DNA of 64,000 nt from an uncultured Phycisphaerales bacterium (lineage in GTDB: Bacteria; Planctomycetota; Phycisphaerae; Phycisphaerales; UBA1924), in assembly GCA_937997415.1 (NCBI GenBank), contig CALKVL010000017.1:44504-108503 (forward strand), read 5' to 3'. The number at the start of each line of letters is the position of its first letter. The first letter of the stretch is position 1. The notes beneath the pieces are model-generated. The model saw nothing but the letters and a program-made list of their open reading frames with translations. It was not told the origin of the DNA and ran no database searches. This document shows positions 1 through 7,804 of the stretch, piece after piece. A program made the position numbers and the translations under genes.

Positions 1-2577
1 GCCCACGCTGGCGAGATGCTCGCCATCGGGGCTGAACGCCACGCTCGGCACGCCGCCGGCGTGCCCCACCAACCGGCGCCGCTCGGGGGAGTCGCCCATG
101 TGGATCACACGCAGCTGTTTGCCGACGGAGAGGATGGTGCGTGATTCGGCGGCGATATGGAGTTCGTACGCTCCAAGCGAGAGGCGGGCGGCATCGGCAT
201 TGGTGGCGATGTTGACGAGTCGTACCAGCGACTCCTGAGGCATCGGCACGGCGAGAGTGGTGCGGTCAAAGAAGGACGGCGTGTTGAAATAGCCGCGGAG
301 GGTGCAGATGTGGGAGAAGTTCTGCGCATCGAACACGGCGATCCCGGTGTTTGCCACACATGCGAGCGAGGATGTGTTGTCGTTGAACAGGACTGCCGAG
401 ATGAAAGTAAGACCCGGGGCCAGCGTGGCCAGCGGCCGATCTGATTTGACATCACGGATTTCGCACTCAACGCCCCCGGCGGTTCTCACGGCGACGAGCT
501 GTCGATCCCCAGAGAGTCCCACGGGATGACCCTCAACGACGGAAAGTGTCTCTCCGGTGAGAAGGTCGATCAGTCGATGCACACCAGCCTCGCCTGGAAC
601 GGCGGCGATCACACCGGCGGACGTTTTGAGCATACGGATCGGTCCGGGGGCCGGGGCGCTGCCGATGCGCATCCAAGACCCTCCTTCCTTCTTCCATTGC
701 ACGACTGCCGCACGACTGTCGGCGTTCGTGCCGTTCTCATCGAATGTAAGACCGATGAGGTGCGGAACTGTCGGGGCGAACTGCAGGGCGCGGATCATTC
801 CCTGCTCCGTAAACTCGGCGAGTTGCCTGCCCGACGATGTATCGAACACGGTCATTGTGCCGTTGGGTGTTGCGAGAGCGGCGAGCTCGCCCGTGGGATG
901 GATGGCGTAGCACGGATCGGTCAGCGCGTTCCCGGTCGGGGGCCGCTCGTTTGTCGCCAGCTCGATCGGGTCCAGCCCGAGCGGGTCGCCGAGACATCGA
1001 GACGCTTCGGCCCTGAGAATCGCGGGATTCTGGTCTTTGCACTCGATCTCCGCGGCTTGCCTGAGCAGTCCGAAGACGATCGCCCGGTACCCGACCTGAC
1101 GCGCGGAGCGCACGGAGCGGGCCTCGCGGAGGAGCGAGTCGTACAGGCGGGATCGGGCCAGGTCTCGCTGTCTGGTCGCCGCGATCTCGGCAATTTGCGC
1201 GGACTGCTCGGCGGCAAGGGCCCGGTCCTTCTGTCGCAAAGCCCAGATCAGCCCCGCCCCGGTGCCGATCATGCCAAGCACAAGCGCCGCGGCGATGAGG
1301 GTGCCCGCGATCACACCCGTTCGGTTGCGCTTCACGAACTTTCGCAGGCGGTAGACCGTGCTGGGCGGGCTGGCGGTCACGGGTTCATCGTTGAGGTAGC
1401 GGCGGATGTCCGAGGCAAGCCCGTTGGCGGTTTCGTACCGGCGTGAGCGGTCCTTCTCCAGGCACTTCATCACAATCCAATCGAGGTCGCCGCGGAGTGC
1501 GAGGCGGAGTTCACTCGGGTCCCTTGCGTGGCGCTGCTGGGCGGTCCTGTCGGCGGTGATGGTGAGTGAAGAGAGACGGGTGGATGGCTTGGGCGGGTCG
1601 ATCTCTCGGATGGTGCGCATCATTTCGGCGATGCTCAGGCCCATCAGTTCGTCATTGCTGAACGGGGTGGTGCCTGTGAGGAGTTCGTAGAGAAGCACGC
1701 CGAGGCTGTAGATATCACTGCGGGTGTCGATGTCGAGGCCGCTGAGTTCGGCCTGTTCCGGGCTCATGTACGCGGGGGTACCGACAAGTTGACGATGCTC
1801 GGTGAAGAGCGTTCGTTCGGTCAGTTCACCGCTGGTGGCTTTCGCGATGCCGAAGTCGATGACCTTGGGCACGGGCACGCCGTCGTGCAGGGTGATGAGC
1901 ACGTTGCTGGGCTTGATGTCGCGGTGGATGATTCCCTTCTGGTGCGCGTGCTGGATAGCCTGGCAGACGCTGATGAGCAGTTCGAGACGTTCACGGGTGC
2001 CCAGTCGCTCGCCGTCGCAGTACTCCAGCATGGGCACGCCCCGGATGTACTCCATGACAAAGTAGGGGCGTCCCGTGTCGGTGCTCCCCGCATCGAGCAC
2101 ACGGGCGATGTGCGGGTGGTCCATGAGGGCCAGGGCCTGGCGCTCCGCCTCGAAGCGGGCGATCACCTGCTTCGTGTCCATTCCCAGTTTGATGATCTTG
2201 AGGGCTACGCGACGCTTGACAGGCTCGCGCTGCTCGGCCATCCAGACGCTGCCGAAACCGCCCTCGCCGATCAGTTGCAAGAGGCGGTAGTGGCCGATCT
2301 GTGTGCCGGACTCTTCATGGCTGTGCGCGTGCGCGGCCGGCGCGACACGCCCGTGCGTGGCGATCGAACCGCTCGCGGGCGTCAGTACTTCCAGCGTGGG
2401 GGCGGCGAGCGGGTCTTCGGCAGGAGTCGCACTCTCCAGGAGCTCGCAAACCGCCTTTCGGAGGGTCGGATCGCTTCCACACCAGCGGTCGAGGGCCGCG
2501 GCTCGACCCTCGGGCGCGAGTTCGGCGATCCGTTGATAGATGCGACTGACGCGGGGATCTGGGGCGGCGGGAGGCAT
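1..2577 (-). CDS. Ser/Thr protein kinase (Hanks type) with one TM segment and a C-terminal beta-propeller/WD40-like region; 3' end cut by the window edge
   Basis: Not in the ORF track because it has no in-window stop. My reverse-strand translation from ATG 2577-2575 gives MPPAAPDPRVSRIYQRIAEL. It continues with GEGGFGSVW (Gly loop), VALKII, HRDIKPSNVL, DFGIAK and GTPAYMSPEQ. A TM-like segment GVIAGTLIAAALVLGMIGTGAGLIWAL follows. The frame stays open to nt 1 (859 codons). Confidence 0.85.
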   Translation of the reverse strand, partial: MPPAAPDPRVSRIYQRIAELAPEGRAAALDRWCGSDPTLRKAVCELLESATPAEDPLAAPTLEVLTPASGSIATHGRVAPAAHAHSHEESGTQIGHYRLLQLIGEGGFGSVWMAEQREPVKRRVALKIIKLGMDTKQVIARFEAERQALALMDHPHIARVLDAGSTDTGRPYFVMEYIRGVPMLEYCDGERLGTRERLELLISVCQAIQHAHQKGIIHRDIKPSNVLITLHDGVPVPKVIDFGIAKATSGELTERTLFTEHRQLVGTPAYMSPEQAELSGLDIDTRSDIYSLGVLLYELLTGTTPFSNDELMGLSIAEMMRTIREIDPPKPSTRLSSLTITADRTAQQRHARDPSELRLALRGDLDWIVMKCLEKDRSRRYETANGLASDIRRYLNDEPVTASPPSTVYRLRKFVKRNRTGVIAGTLIAAALVLGMIGTGAGLIWALRQKDRALAAEQSAQIAEIAATRQRDLARSRLYDSLLREARSVRSARQVGYRAIVFGLLRQAAEIECKDQNPAILRAEASRCLGDPLGLDPIELATNERPPTGNALTDPCYAIHPTGELAALATPNGTMTVFDTSSGRQLAEFTEQGMIRALQFAPTVPHLIGLTFDENGTNADSRAAVVQWKKEGGSWMRIGSAPAPGPIRMLKTSAGVIAAVPGEAGVHRLIDLLTGETLSVVEGHPVGLSGDRQLVAVRTAGGVECEIRDVKSDRPLATLAPGLTFISAVLFNDNTSSLACVANTGIAVFDAQNFSHICTLRGYFNTPSFFDRTTLAVPMPQESLVRLVNIATNADAARLSLGAYELHIAAESRTILSVGKQLRVIHMGDSPERRRLVGHAGGVPSVAFSPDGEHLASVG

Positions 2578-2761
2578 GCAGCGTGGGACCGCTCTGGAAC
2601 AGACGGATTGGATGAAAGGCAATGGATGATACCACGGGAGTTTCACTCCCAGCGTGCAGGAACACTCGGCACAGAGGTCTCTGGGTTCAATGAACATCTG
2701 GTTCGTGGAGTGCCGAGGGTGTTCTCCGGGAAACAGATGAAGGAAATCTCACCATACACAC

Positions 2762-2790
2762 TTGACAAATATATCTATAGCAGATATATT
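2762..2790 (+). promoter_or_regulatory. Sigma70-type promoter with embedded inverted-repeat operator for the PadR gene
   Basis: TTGACA (2762-2767), 17-bp spacer, TATATT (2785-2790). Perfect inverted repeat AATATATCT-N5-AGATATATT at 2768-2790. The ATG at 2797 lies 6 nt after the -10. Confidence 0.5.
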
Positions 2791-2796
2791 GACATC

Positions 2797-3156
2797 ATGG
2801 CTGTCGAAGACTCCACCGATCTGGTCGTCCTGTCCATGCTCGCGGAAGGTCCCATGTACGGTTACGCGATCAGCCGCGAGGTGAGCGCGCGATCCGGTGG
2901 TCGGCTTCGGCTGACTCCCGGCGTGCTGTACCCGCTGCTCAAAGGGATGGAGACCGAAGGGTTGGTGCTGACCGAATGGGAGGAAATCAAGAGCGACCGT
3001 GCGGATGAAGAAGCGGGGGGGCGACGCCGCAAGTGGTACCGGCTGTCCGTCAAGGGGCGCCGACGCCTGGAGCAGCGCATCGCGGCGATGCGGGCGTATC
3101 GAGCGATCATCGACACATTCATCGGCCCCGCGCAGGAGAAGGAGCCAACGCGATGA
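2797..3156 (+). CDS. PadR family transcriptional regulator
   Basis: Internal ATG of ORF 1789..3156. Sequence MAVEDSTDLVVLSMLAEGPMYGYAISREV...LTPGVLYPLLKGMETEGLV...KWYRLSVKGRRRL is the typical PadR winged-helix signature. The upstream part of the ORF lies antisense to the kinase gene. Confidence 0.9.
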   Translation: MAVEDSTDLVVLSMLAEGPMYGYAISREVSARSGGRLRLTPGVLYPLLKGMETEGLVLTEWEEIKSDRADEEAGGRRRKWYRLSVKGRRRLEQRIAAMRAYRAIIDTFIGPAQEKEPTR

Positions 3157-4472
3157 CCTCACCGGATCTCGACCCTTCAATCCCGCCCGAGCGGGGAGGC
3201 GGGCCCTCCCTCCGCCTGACTTCGGAGTTGCCTTCGCGCGACGTTGCCGCCGCGGAGATTGGGCGATCCGCCTGGCTCACCGAACTCGCTCCGTTGCTTC
3301 CTGTGAGCGTGAGGCGTGAGTGTCTCGACGAGTTGGAGGATCACCTGCGTTGCCGCGTGAACGACCTGATGCTGAAGGGCCACTCCGAACAAGACGCGAT
3401 GAGTCTGGCGTGCGAGGAACTTGGTGATCCCGCCGGGATCGCCTCCGGATATCGAACCGAGTTGGCCAAACCCAGAAGGAGGCTTGCGATGAATCTCTCG
3501 ATCCTCGGACTTTCCGCCGCGGCGTTGGTGGCGGGCGTGTCCACGCTTGGCACGAGACCTGCGCCCGTGCCCGTATCGGTCTTTCAGGCGGCCGTCGAAC
3601 CGGCGGAGTTCCTTCAGGCGAAAGTGACGACGCCGAAGGATGCCACGTTTGCGCAGTTGCTCGAATCCCTTGGAGCGCCGTCGAAACTGACGGTCGAACC
3701 CGTGTGGAGTGAGTTTCAGGCGGCGGGGCTTTCTCCCGAGAGCAAGTTGGGCTTCGAGTGCAGCGGGTTGCCCGTCGTGACGGTACTGAGGAATCTCAAC
3801 GATCACCTTCAGGAGGAACAGCGATTCGAGTTCCGGGTGCGTGACTTCCGGCTCATCTTCGCACCCACTTCCTATTTCGACCGGACGGAGCAGACCCTGG
3901 CCACCTACGACCTCGCGGGCATTGTGCGGGCTCGACCTGATACATCCGAGGCGCAGGTCATCGAAGAAGCGATTCTTCTCCTCACCGCCCTGATCGAGCC
4001 GAACATCTGGCGTCATAACGGGGGCGATCTCGGCGAGATCAACAGTTTCGGCACCAAACTCTTTGTCCGAGCGCCGCGGCGCATCCATCGTCATGTCGAG
4101 TGGGTGCTGAGCGAACTCCCGAAAGCCGATGCTCCGATCTCCCAGCAAGGGGAGATCCGACTCGGAGTCCTTCCCCAGCGACCGGAGCCGCCTGCCGCCG
4201 GCGAATCCGCGCGGATCGTGATGCTTCAACACGCGGCGGCGGACGATGCCGCCGAGGCGCTTTCAGGGGTCTTTGCCGGGGCCACGATCAAGGGGGTTGC
4301 GATGGACGCCGTTCGTGTGCGTTCCATGCCCCAGACCAACTCTCTCTTGATCCTGGCCGGCCCCAAGCAGCAGGAACTTCTCGACGGGTTGATCGCGGAA
4401 ATGGAACGTAGCGCCGCCCTGAGGAGGGCGGCCGCCGAGGCCAAGGAGCAGGCGTCCAAGGCCGTGAAGTGA
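3153..4472 (+). CDS. PadR-associated single-pass membrane protein: cytoplasmic helical sensor-prefix domain, TM, periplasmic secretin-N/NolW-like domains
   Basis: ATG at 3153 overlaps the PadR stop (ATGA). The N-terminal VRRECLDELEDHLRCRVNDLMLKGHSEQDAMSLACEELGDPAGIASGY resembles the helical prefix domains that follow PadR genes. TM segment: LSILGLSAAALVAGVSTLG. The C-terminal IVMLQHAAADDAAEALSGVF...VRSMPQTNSLLILAGPKQQELLDGLIAEM resembles a secretin N-domain. Confidence 0.7.
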   Translation: MTSPDLDPSIPPERGGGPSLRLTSELPSRDVAAAEIGRSAWLTELAPLLPVSVRRECLDELEDHLRCRVNDLMLKGHSEQDAMSLACEELGDPAGIASGYRTELAKPRRRLAMNLSILGLSAAALVAGVSTLGTRPAPVPVSVFQAAVEPAEFLQAKVTTPKDATFAQLLESLGAPSKLTVEPVWSEFQAAGLSPESKLGFECSGLPVVTVLRNLNDHLQEEQRFEFRVRDFRLIFAPTSYFDRTEQTLATYDLAGIVRARPDTSEAQVIEEAILLLTALIEPNIWRHNGGDLGEINSFGTKLFVRAPRRIHRHVEWVLSELPKADAPISQQGEIRLGVLPQRPEPPAAGESARIVMLQHAAADDAAEALSGVFAGATIKGVAMDAVRVRSMPQTNSLLILAGPKQQELLDGLIAEMERSAALRRAAAEAKEQASKAVK

Positions 4473-4526
4473 CACGCTCCACGCTCAGGGGCGAGTGGCA
4501 CGCCGCATGCGTATCGGCGCAGCGGC

Positions 4527-6584
4527 ATGTCAAGCGTCCCACCCACTCCGGCGAGAATCTCGAACCTGATGGCCTCGCGGATCGCGCTGGGAAACCTGTC
4601 GCGCACGAACGCTGCTCTGTTCGGTGTGCAGCAGCAGTTGGCGACAGGGCTCTCAATCCTGCGGCCTTCGGATGACATTGTCAAGGCCGCCACGATCGGC
4701 ACCCTTGATGACCGCCTGGACAGGTCGGCGCAGATTCAGCGCAACCTCGCGCACGCGGACGCCGCGGTGAGTGAAATGGATGATGCGCTGGCGGAAGCGG
4801 CGTCGATCGCCGAGCAGGCCCGGAGCATCGCCTCGTCCCAGGTCGGGATCACATCCAGCCCCACCGAGCGGGCGGCCCAGGCGGCGGTGGTGGACGGGCT
4901 TCTTCGAGGCCTGTTCACAACAGTCAATCGACAGGGTGTGGCCGGGTACACCTTTGGGGGGACACGCGGGAGCGAACCGCCCGTGCGTGCATTCCTCGGA
5001 GGGTACAGATACCTCCCCACGGGAAGCGGAGCGACTTCGGACCTCGGGCTGGCATCGGCGGCACCCATCACGCTTGGTGACGGCAACCCGATCGCCCGCA
5101 CCTCGGTGAGCGTGAAGGGTGTGGTTGATTTCAATCCCGACCTGACGGGCACGACACGCCTGGCGGACCTGGCCGGAGCGCGTGGCCTTGGAGTGACGCT
5201 CGGCACGGTGGGCGTCTCGTACGGCGGTGGACCGGTCGAGTTCATTGACCTGAGCGGTTCGGACACCATCGGCGATGTTGCGCTGCGCCTGGAAGCGGGG
5301 CTGCGTCGTTATGAGTCGGACCACGGCGTCACAGTTCTCGGTGCTGGCGGCGTGTCGATGCAGGGCGGGTCGCTTTCGATCGCGGTTGCTGCGGGAGCTC
5401 AGACTCTGTCCTTTTCAGAAGTCGGCACGGGCCTGACGGCACGGGATCTGGGACTCAATGCTGAACCACCCATCGCCTTCTCGGCGGGTTCGCCTTTGGG
5501 CGCGGACCTTTCGCCGCGGCTGACCTGGCGGACACCGATCTCAACCCTCGCGGGGCTTGGCGGGCCGCTGGGGAGCATCCGGATCAGCAACGCTGGACAG
5601 ACCGCGGTCGTCGATCTCTCGACGTCGGTCACGCTTCAAGATATCCGGACCGCGGTCGAAGGGACGAACCTGGGTGTCCGGGTCGAGTTGAATACGGGGG
5701 GAGACGGGCTGAACTTCGTAAACGAGATATCCGCCGCGAGCACCAACGCGCTGTCGATCGGGGAGGTATCAGGCGGCACGACCGCCACTCGGTTGGGAGT
5801 GCGGACTTTCTCGCCGCTGACCCGTTTGTCGGAGTTCAACTTCGGGGCCGGCGTTGGCATCGTGAACGGGCTGAACGACCCTTCCGGCGGGGCGGCTTCC
5901 GGGAATCTCAACGAGGACTTTGTGATCACGCTGGGCGACAGCGCGGCGACTCGAATCGCCATCGACCTTCGGCCAGAGGATGTGGTGACCGTGCAGACAC
6001 TCCTGGACCGGATCAACTCCCAGGCGGCCTCGCAACTCATGGCGGCGGGGCTACCCGCGAACTCGCTTGTGGCGGGGCTTGCGACCGACGGCAACGGCAT
6101 TCGTCTCTCGCAGAGCGGGCTTTTCCCGGATCCCCTGAGGGTGGAGGCGAGGAACAACTCACCCGCCGCCGGGCAGATCGGGCTGCTCTCGGGGCGGTAC
6201 GACGCCGGCAGCGCAAGCCTGATCGGCGAAGATCGCGCGAAAGTGCGCATCGACAGCCTGTTCACTCACCTTCTCGACCTGCGAGAGAGCTTGAGCGGGA
6301 ACGACTCTGCTGGCATCGGGCTTGCTGGCTCGGGTGTGAGCGCTTCGCTCGATGAGATCGCGGAACTCCGCGGGGTCGTCGGGGGACACGCTCAGAGGAT
6401 TGAATCGGCGACGGCTCGCGAGTCTGATCGCGCGACGCTCGACGAAACGATCCGCAGCGGCCTTCGGGATTCCGATTATGCGCAGGCCGCGACCCGTTTT
6501 TCTCTCCTCCAGACACAGATGGAGGCGGGGCTGCGGGTCACGGCGCTGAGTTCCCAGCGGACGCTGCTTGATTTTCTCGGTTAG
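4527..6584 (+). CDS. flgL: Flagellar hook-associated protein 3 (hook-filament junction protein FlgL), unusually long
   Basis: Flagellin-type N-terminus RISNLMASRIALGNLSRTNAALFGVQQQLATGLSILRPSDDIVKAA. Flagellin-type C-terminus DSDYAQAATRFSLLQTQMEAGLRVTALSSQRTLLDFLG. It lies directly upstream of fliW-csrA-flagellin. Confidence 0.8.
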   Translation: MSSVPPTPARISNLMASRIALGNLSRTNAALFGVQQQLATGLSILRPSDDIVKAATIGTLDDRLDRSAQIQRNLAHADAAVSEMDDALAEAASIAEQARSIASSQVGITSSPTERAAQAAVVDGLLRGLFTTVNRQGVAGYTFGGTRGSEPPVRAFLGGYRYLPTGSGATSDLGLASAAPITLGDGNPIARTSVSVKGVVDFNPDLTGTTRLADLAGARGLGVTLGTVGVSYGGGPVEFIDLSGSDTIGDVALRLEAGLRRYESDHGVTVLGAGGVSMQGGSLSIAVAAGAQTLSFSEVGTGLTARDLGLNAEPPIAFSAGSPLGADLSPRLTWRTPISTLAGLGGPLGSIRISNAGQTAVVDLSTSVTLQDIRTAVEGTNLGVRVELNTGGDGLNFVNEISAASTNALSIGEVSGGTTATRLGVRTFSPLTRLSEFNFGAGVGIVNGLNDPSGGAASGNLNEDFVITLGDSAATRIAIDLRPEDVVTVQTLLDRINSQAASQLMAAGLPANSLVAGLATDGNGIRLSQSGLFPDPLRVEARNNSPAAGQIGLLSGRYDAGSASLIGEDRAKVRIDSLFTHLLDLRESLSGNDSAGIGLAGSGVSASLDEIAELRGVVGGHAQRIESATARESDRATLDETIRSGLRDSDYAQAATRFSLLQTQMEAGLRVTALSSQRTLLDFLG

Positions 6585-6725
6585 AGAGTCATCACGGGAT
6601 CGATAGCACAGTGATGAACATCCTCCCCGCGTCTCGGCCGCGCGGCGGGGGAAACCAGGATGGGCCACGCCTCACGCGGGGCGCGGCGGATCGGTGGAAC
6701 CGGCCGGCGAAGCGGAGCACTCGCG

Positions 6726-7181
6726 ATGGAAGTGCGGACGACACGATTCGGCATGGTGGAGATCGCGGAGGACCGCGTCATCACCTTCCCCAAGGGGCTT
6801 CTGGGGTTCTCGAAGTTCACACGCTACTGCCTGCTGGAGCCGGGCGACGATGCGTGCTTCTTCTGGCTTCAATCCCTGGACGATCCCGGCCTGGCCTTCG
6901 TGGTCACGGATCCGAGCATGTTCGTGACGAACTACACGGTGCCGATCCGGCCCGAGCAGTTGGGGGACCTGGGCATCGACCGGCTGGAGGATGCGCAAGT
7001 CTTCTGCATCGTGAACAAGGTGGACGGATCACTCACCGGAAACCTGCAAGGTCCGCTGGTCATCAACACCCTGACCCGCAACGGCGAGCAGGTGGTGCTG
7101 GCGGAGAAACGCTGGTCCACACGACATCCGCTGGTCAAGGTGGGCGCGGCGGAACAACGGGCGCGGGCCGTGCCCGCGTAA
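6726..7181 (+). CDS. fliW: Flagellar assembly factor FliW
   Basis: MEVRTTRFGMVEIAEDRVITFPKGLLGFSKFTRYCLLEP...NLQGPLVINT matches the FliW family pattern. GGAG lies 8 nt upstream of ATG 6726. The ORF-track start at 6660 adds a non-conserved Arg/Gly tail. Confidence 0.9.
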   Translation: MEVRTTRFGMVEIAEDRVITFPKGLLGFSKFTRYCLLEPGDDACFFWLQSLDDPGLAFVVTDPSMFVTNYTVPIRPEQLGDLGIDRLEDAQVFCIVNKVDGSLTGNLQGPLVINTLTRNGEQVVLAEKRWSTRHPLVKVGAAEQRARAVPA

Positions 7182-7345
7182 CGGGATGAACCGAGCGCAC
7201 TCCCAACGTAGGACGAATGAAATTCCGCCCCGCGAGCGCGTCGGCGGCCCGCCCGGTACTCGGGGCGGGTCGGGCGGCGATGCGCCGGGGCACGAGGCTG
7301 GCAAGGGACATCCGCGCGGGCAAGCGCGGAGCAAGGAGCAACGAG

Positions 7346-7711
7346 ATGCTGGTGCTGTCCCGGCAGCGCGACGAGACGATCATGATCGGCGACGAGATCG
7401 AGATCACGGTCGTGGACATCCGCGGCGACAAGATTCGCCTGGGGATCTCCGCGCCCGCACGTATCGCCGTGCACCGCAAGGAAGTGTACGAATCCATCCG
7501 GAAAGAGAACGAGCAGGCGGCGCGGCTTGCGGGGGAGGAGCTGATCCCCCTCGCGGGCGAGCCGCCGGGGGTATCGCCCGGGCCGCGTCGGTTGCGGGTG
7601 CGACCCGCCTCCGTGACGGGCTTGTCGAGCCCGAAGGCCGCGGGGGCGGCGGGGCAGGTGCGTGCGAACGCACGATCGCCCGACCCATGGGCCTTGAGAA
7701 AGGCGGGCTAG
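7346..7711 (+). CDS. csrA: Carbon storage regulator CsrA (FliW-partner type) with long C-terminal tail
   Basis: MLVLSRQRDETIMIGDEIEITVVDIRGDKIRLGISAPARIAVHRKEVYESI is the canonical CsrA core. AAGGAG lies 7 nt upstream of ATG 7346. The track start at 7217 is an upstream extension. Confidence 0.9.
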   Translation: MLVLSRQRDETIMIGDEIEITVVDIRGDKIRLGISAPARIAVHRKEVYESIRKENEQAARLAGEELIPLAGEPPGVSPGPRRLRVRPASVTGLSSPKAAGAAGQVRANARSPDPWALRKAG

Positions 7712-7804
7712 CAGGTCCGCACACCCATGATCGGCACGCGTCGGGACGGGCGGAACCCGATCCCATCACTCTGAACATCACAGCCTCAATCACGGAGGAT
7801 TGCC

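Noticed and set aside
526-2796. Plus-strand ORFs 526..1446 and the 5' two-thirds of 1789..3156, plus other short ORFs over 105-2665
   Set aside because: They lie antisense to the Ser/Thr kinase gene, whose catalytic motifs are all present on the minus strand. Only the last 120 codons of 1789..3156 (PadR) are real.
3177-4702. Minus-strand ORFs 3177..4232 (351 aa) and 4226..4702 (158 aa)
   Set aside because: They are antisense to the PadR partner gene and the flgL start. They have no motifs and Arg-rich composition.
6589-6617. Hairpin TCATCAC-N15-GTGATGA after flgL as a terminator
   Set aside because: The stem is only 7 bp, the loop is large and no T tract follows. fliW is probably co-transcribed with flgL.
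7712-7804. Sigma28 promoter upstream of flagellin 1
   Set aside because: Only a CCGAT pentamer (7757-7761) is present, with no TAAA-like -35 at the right spacing.
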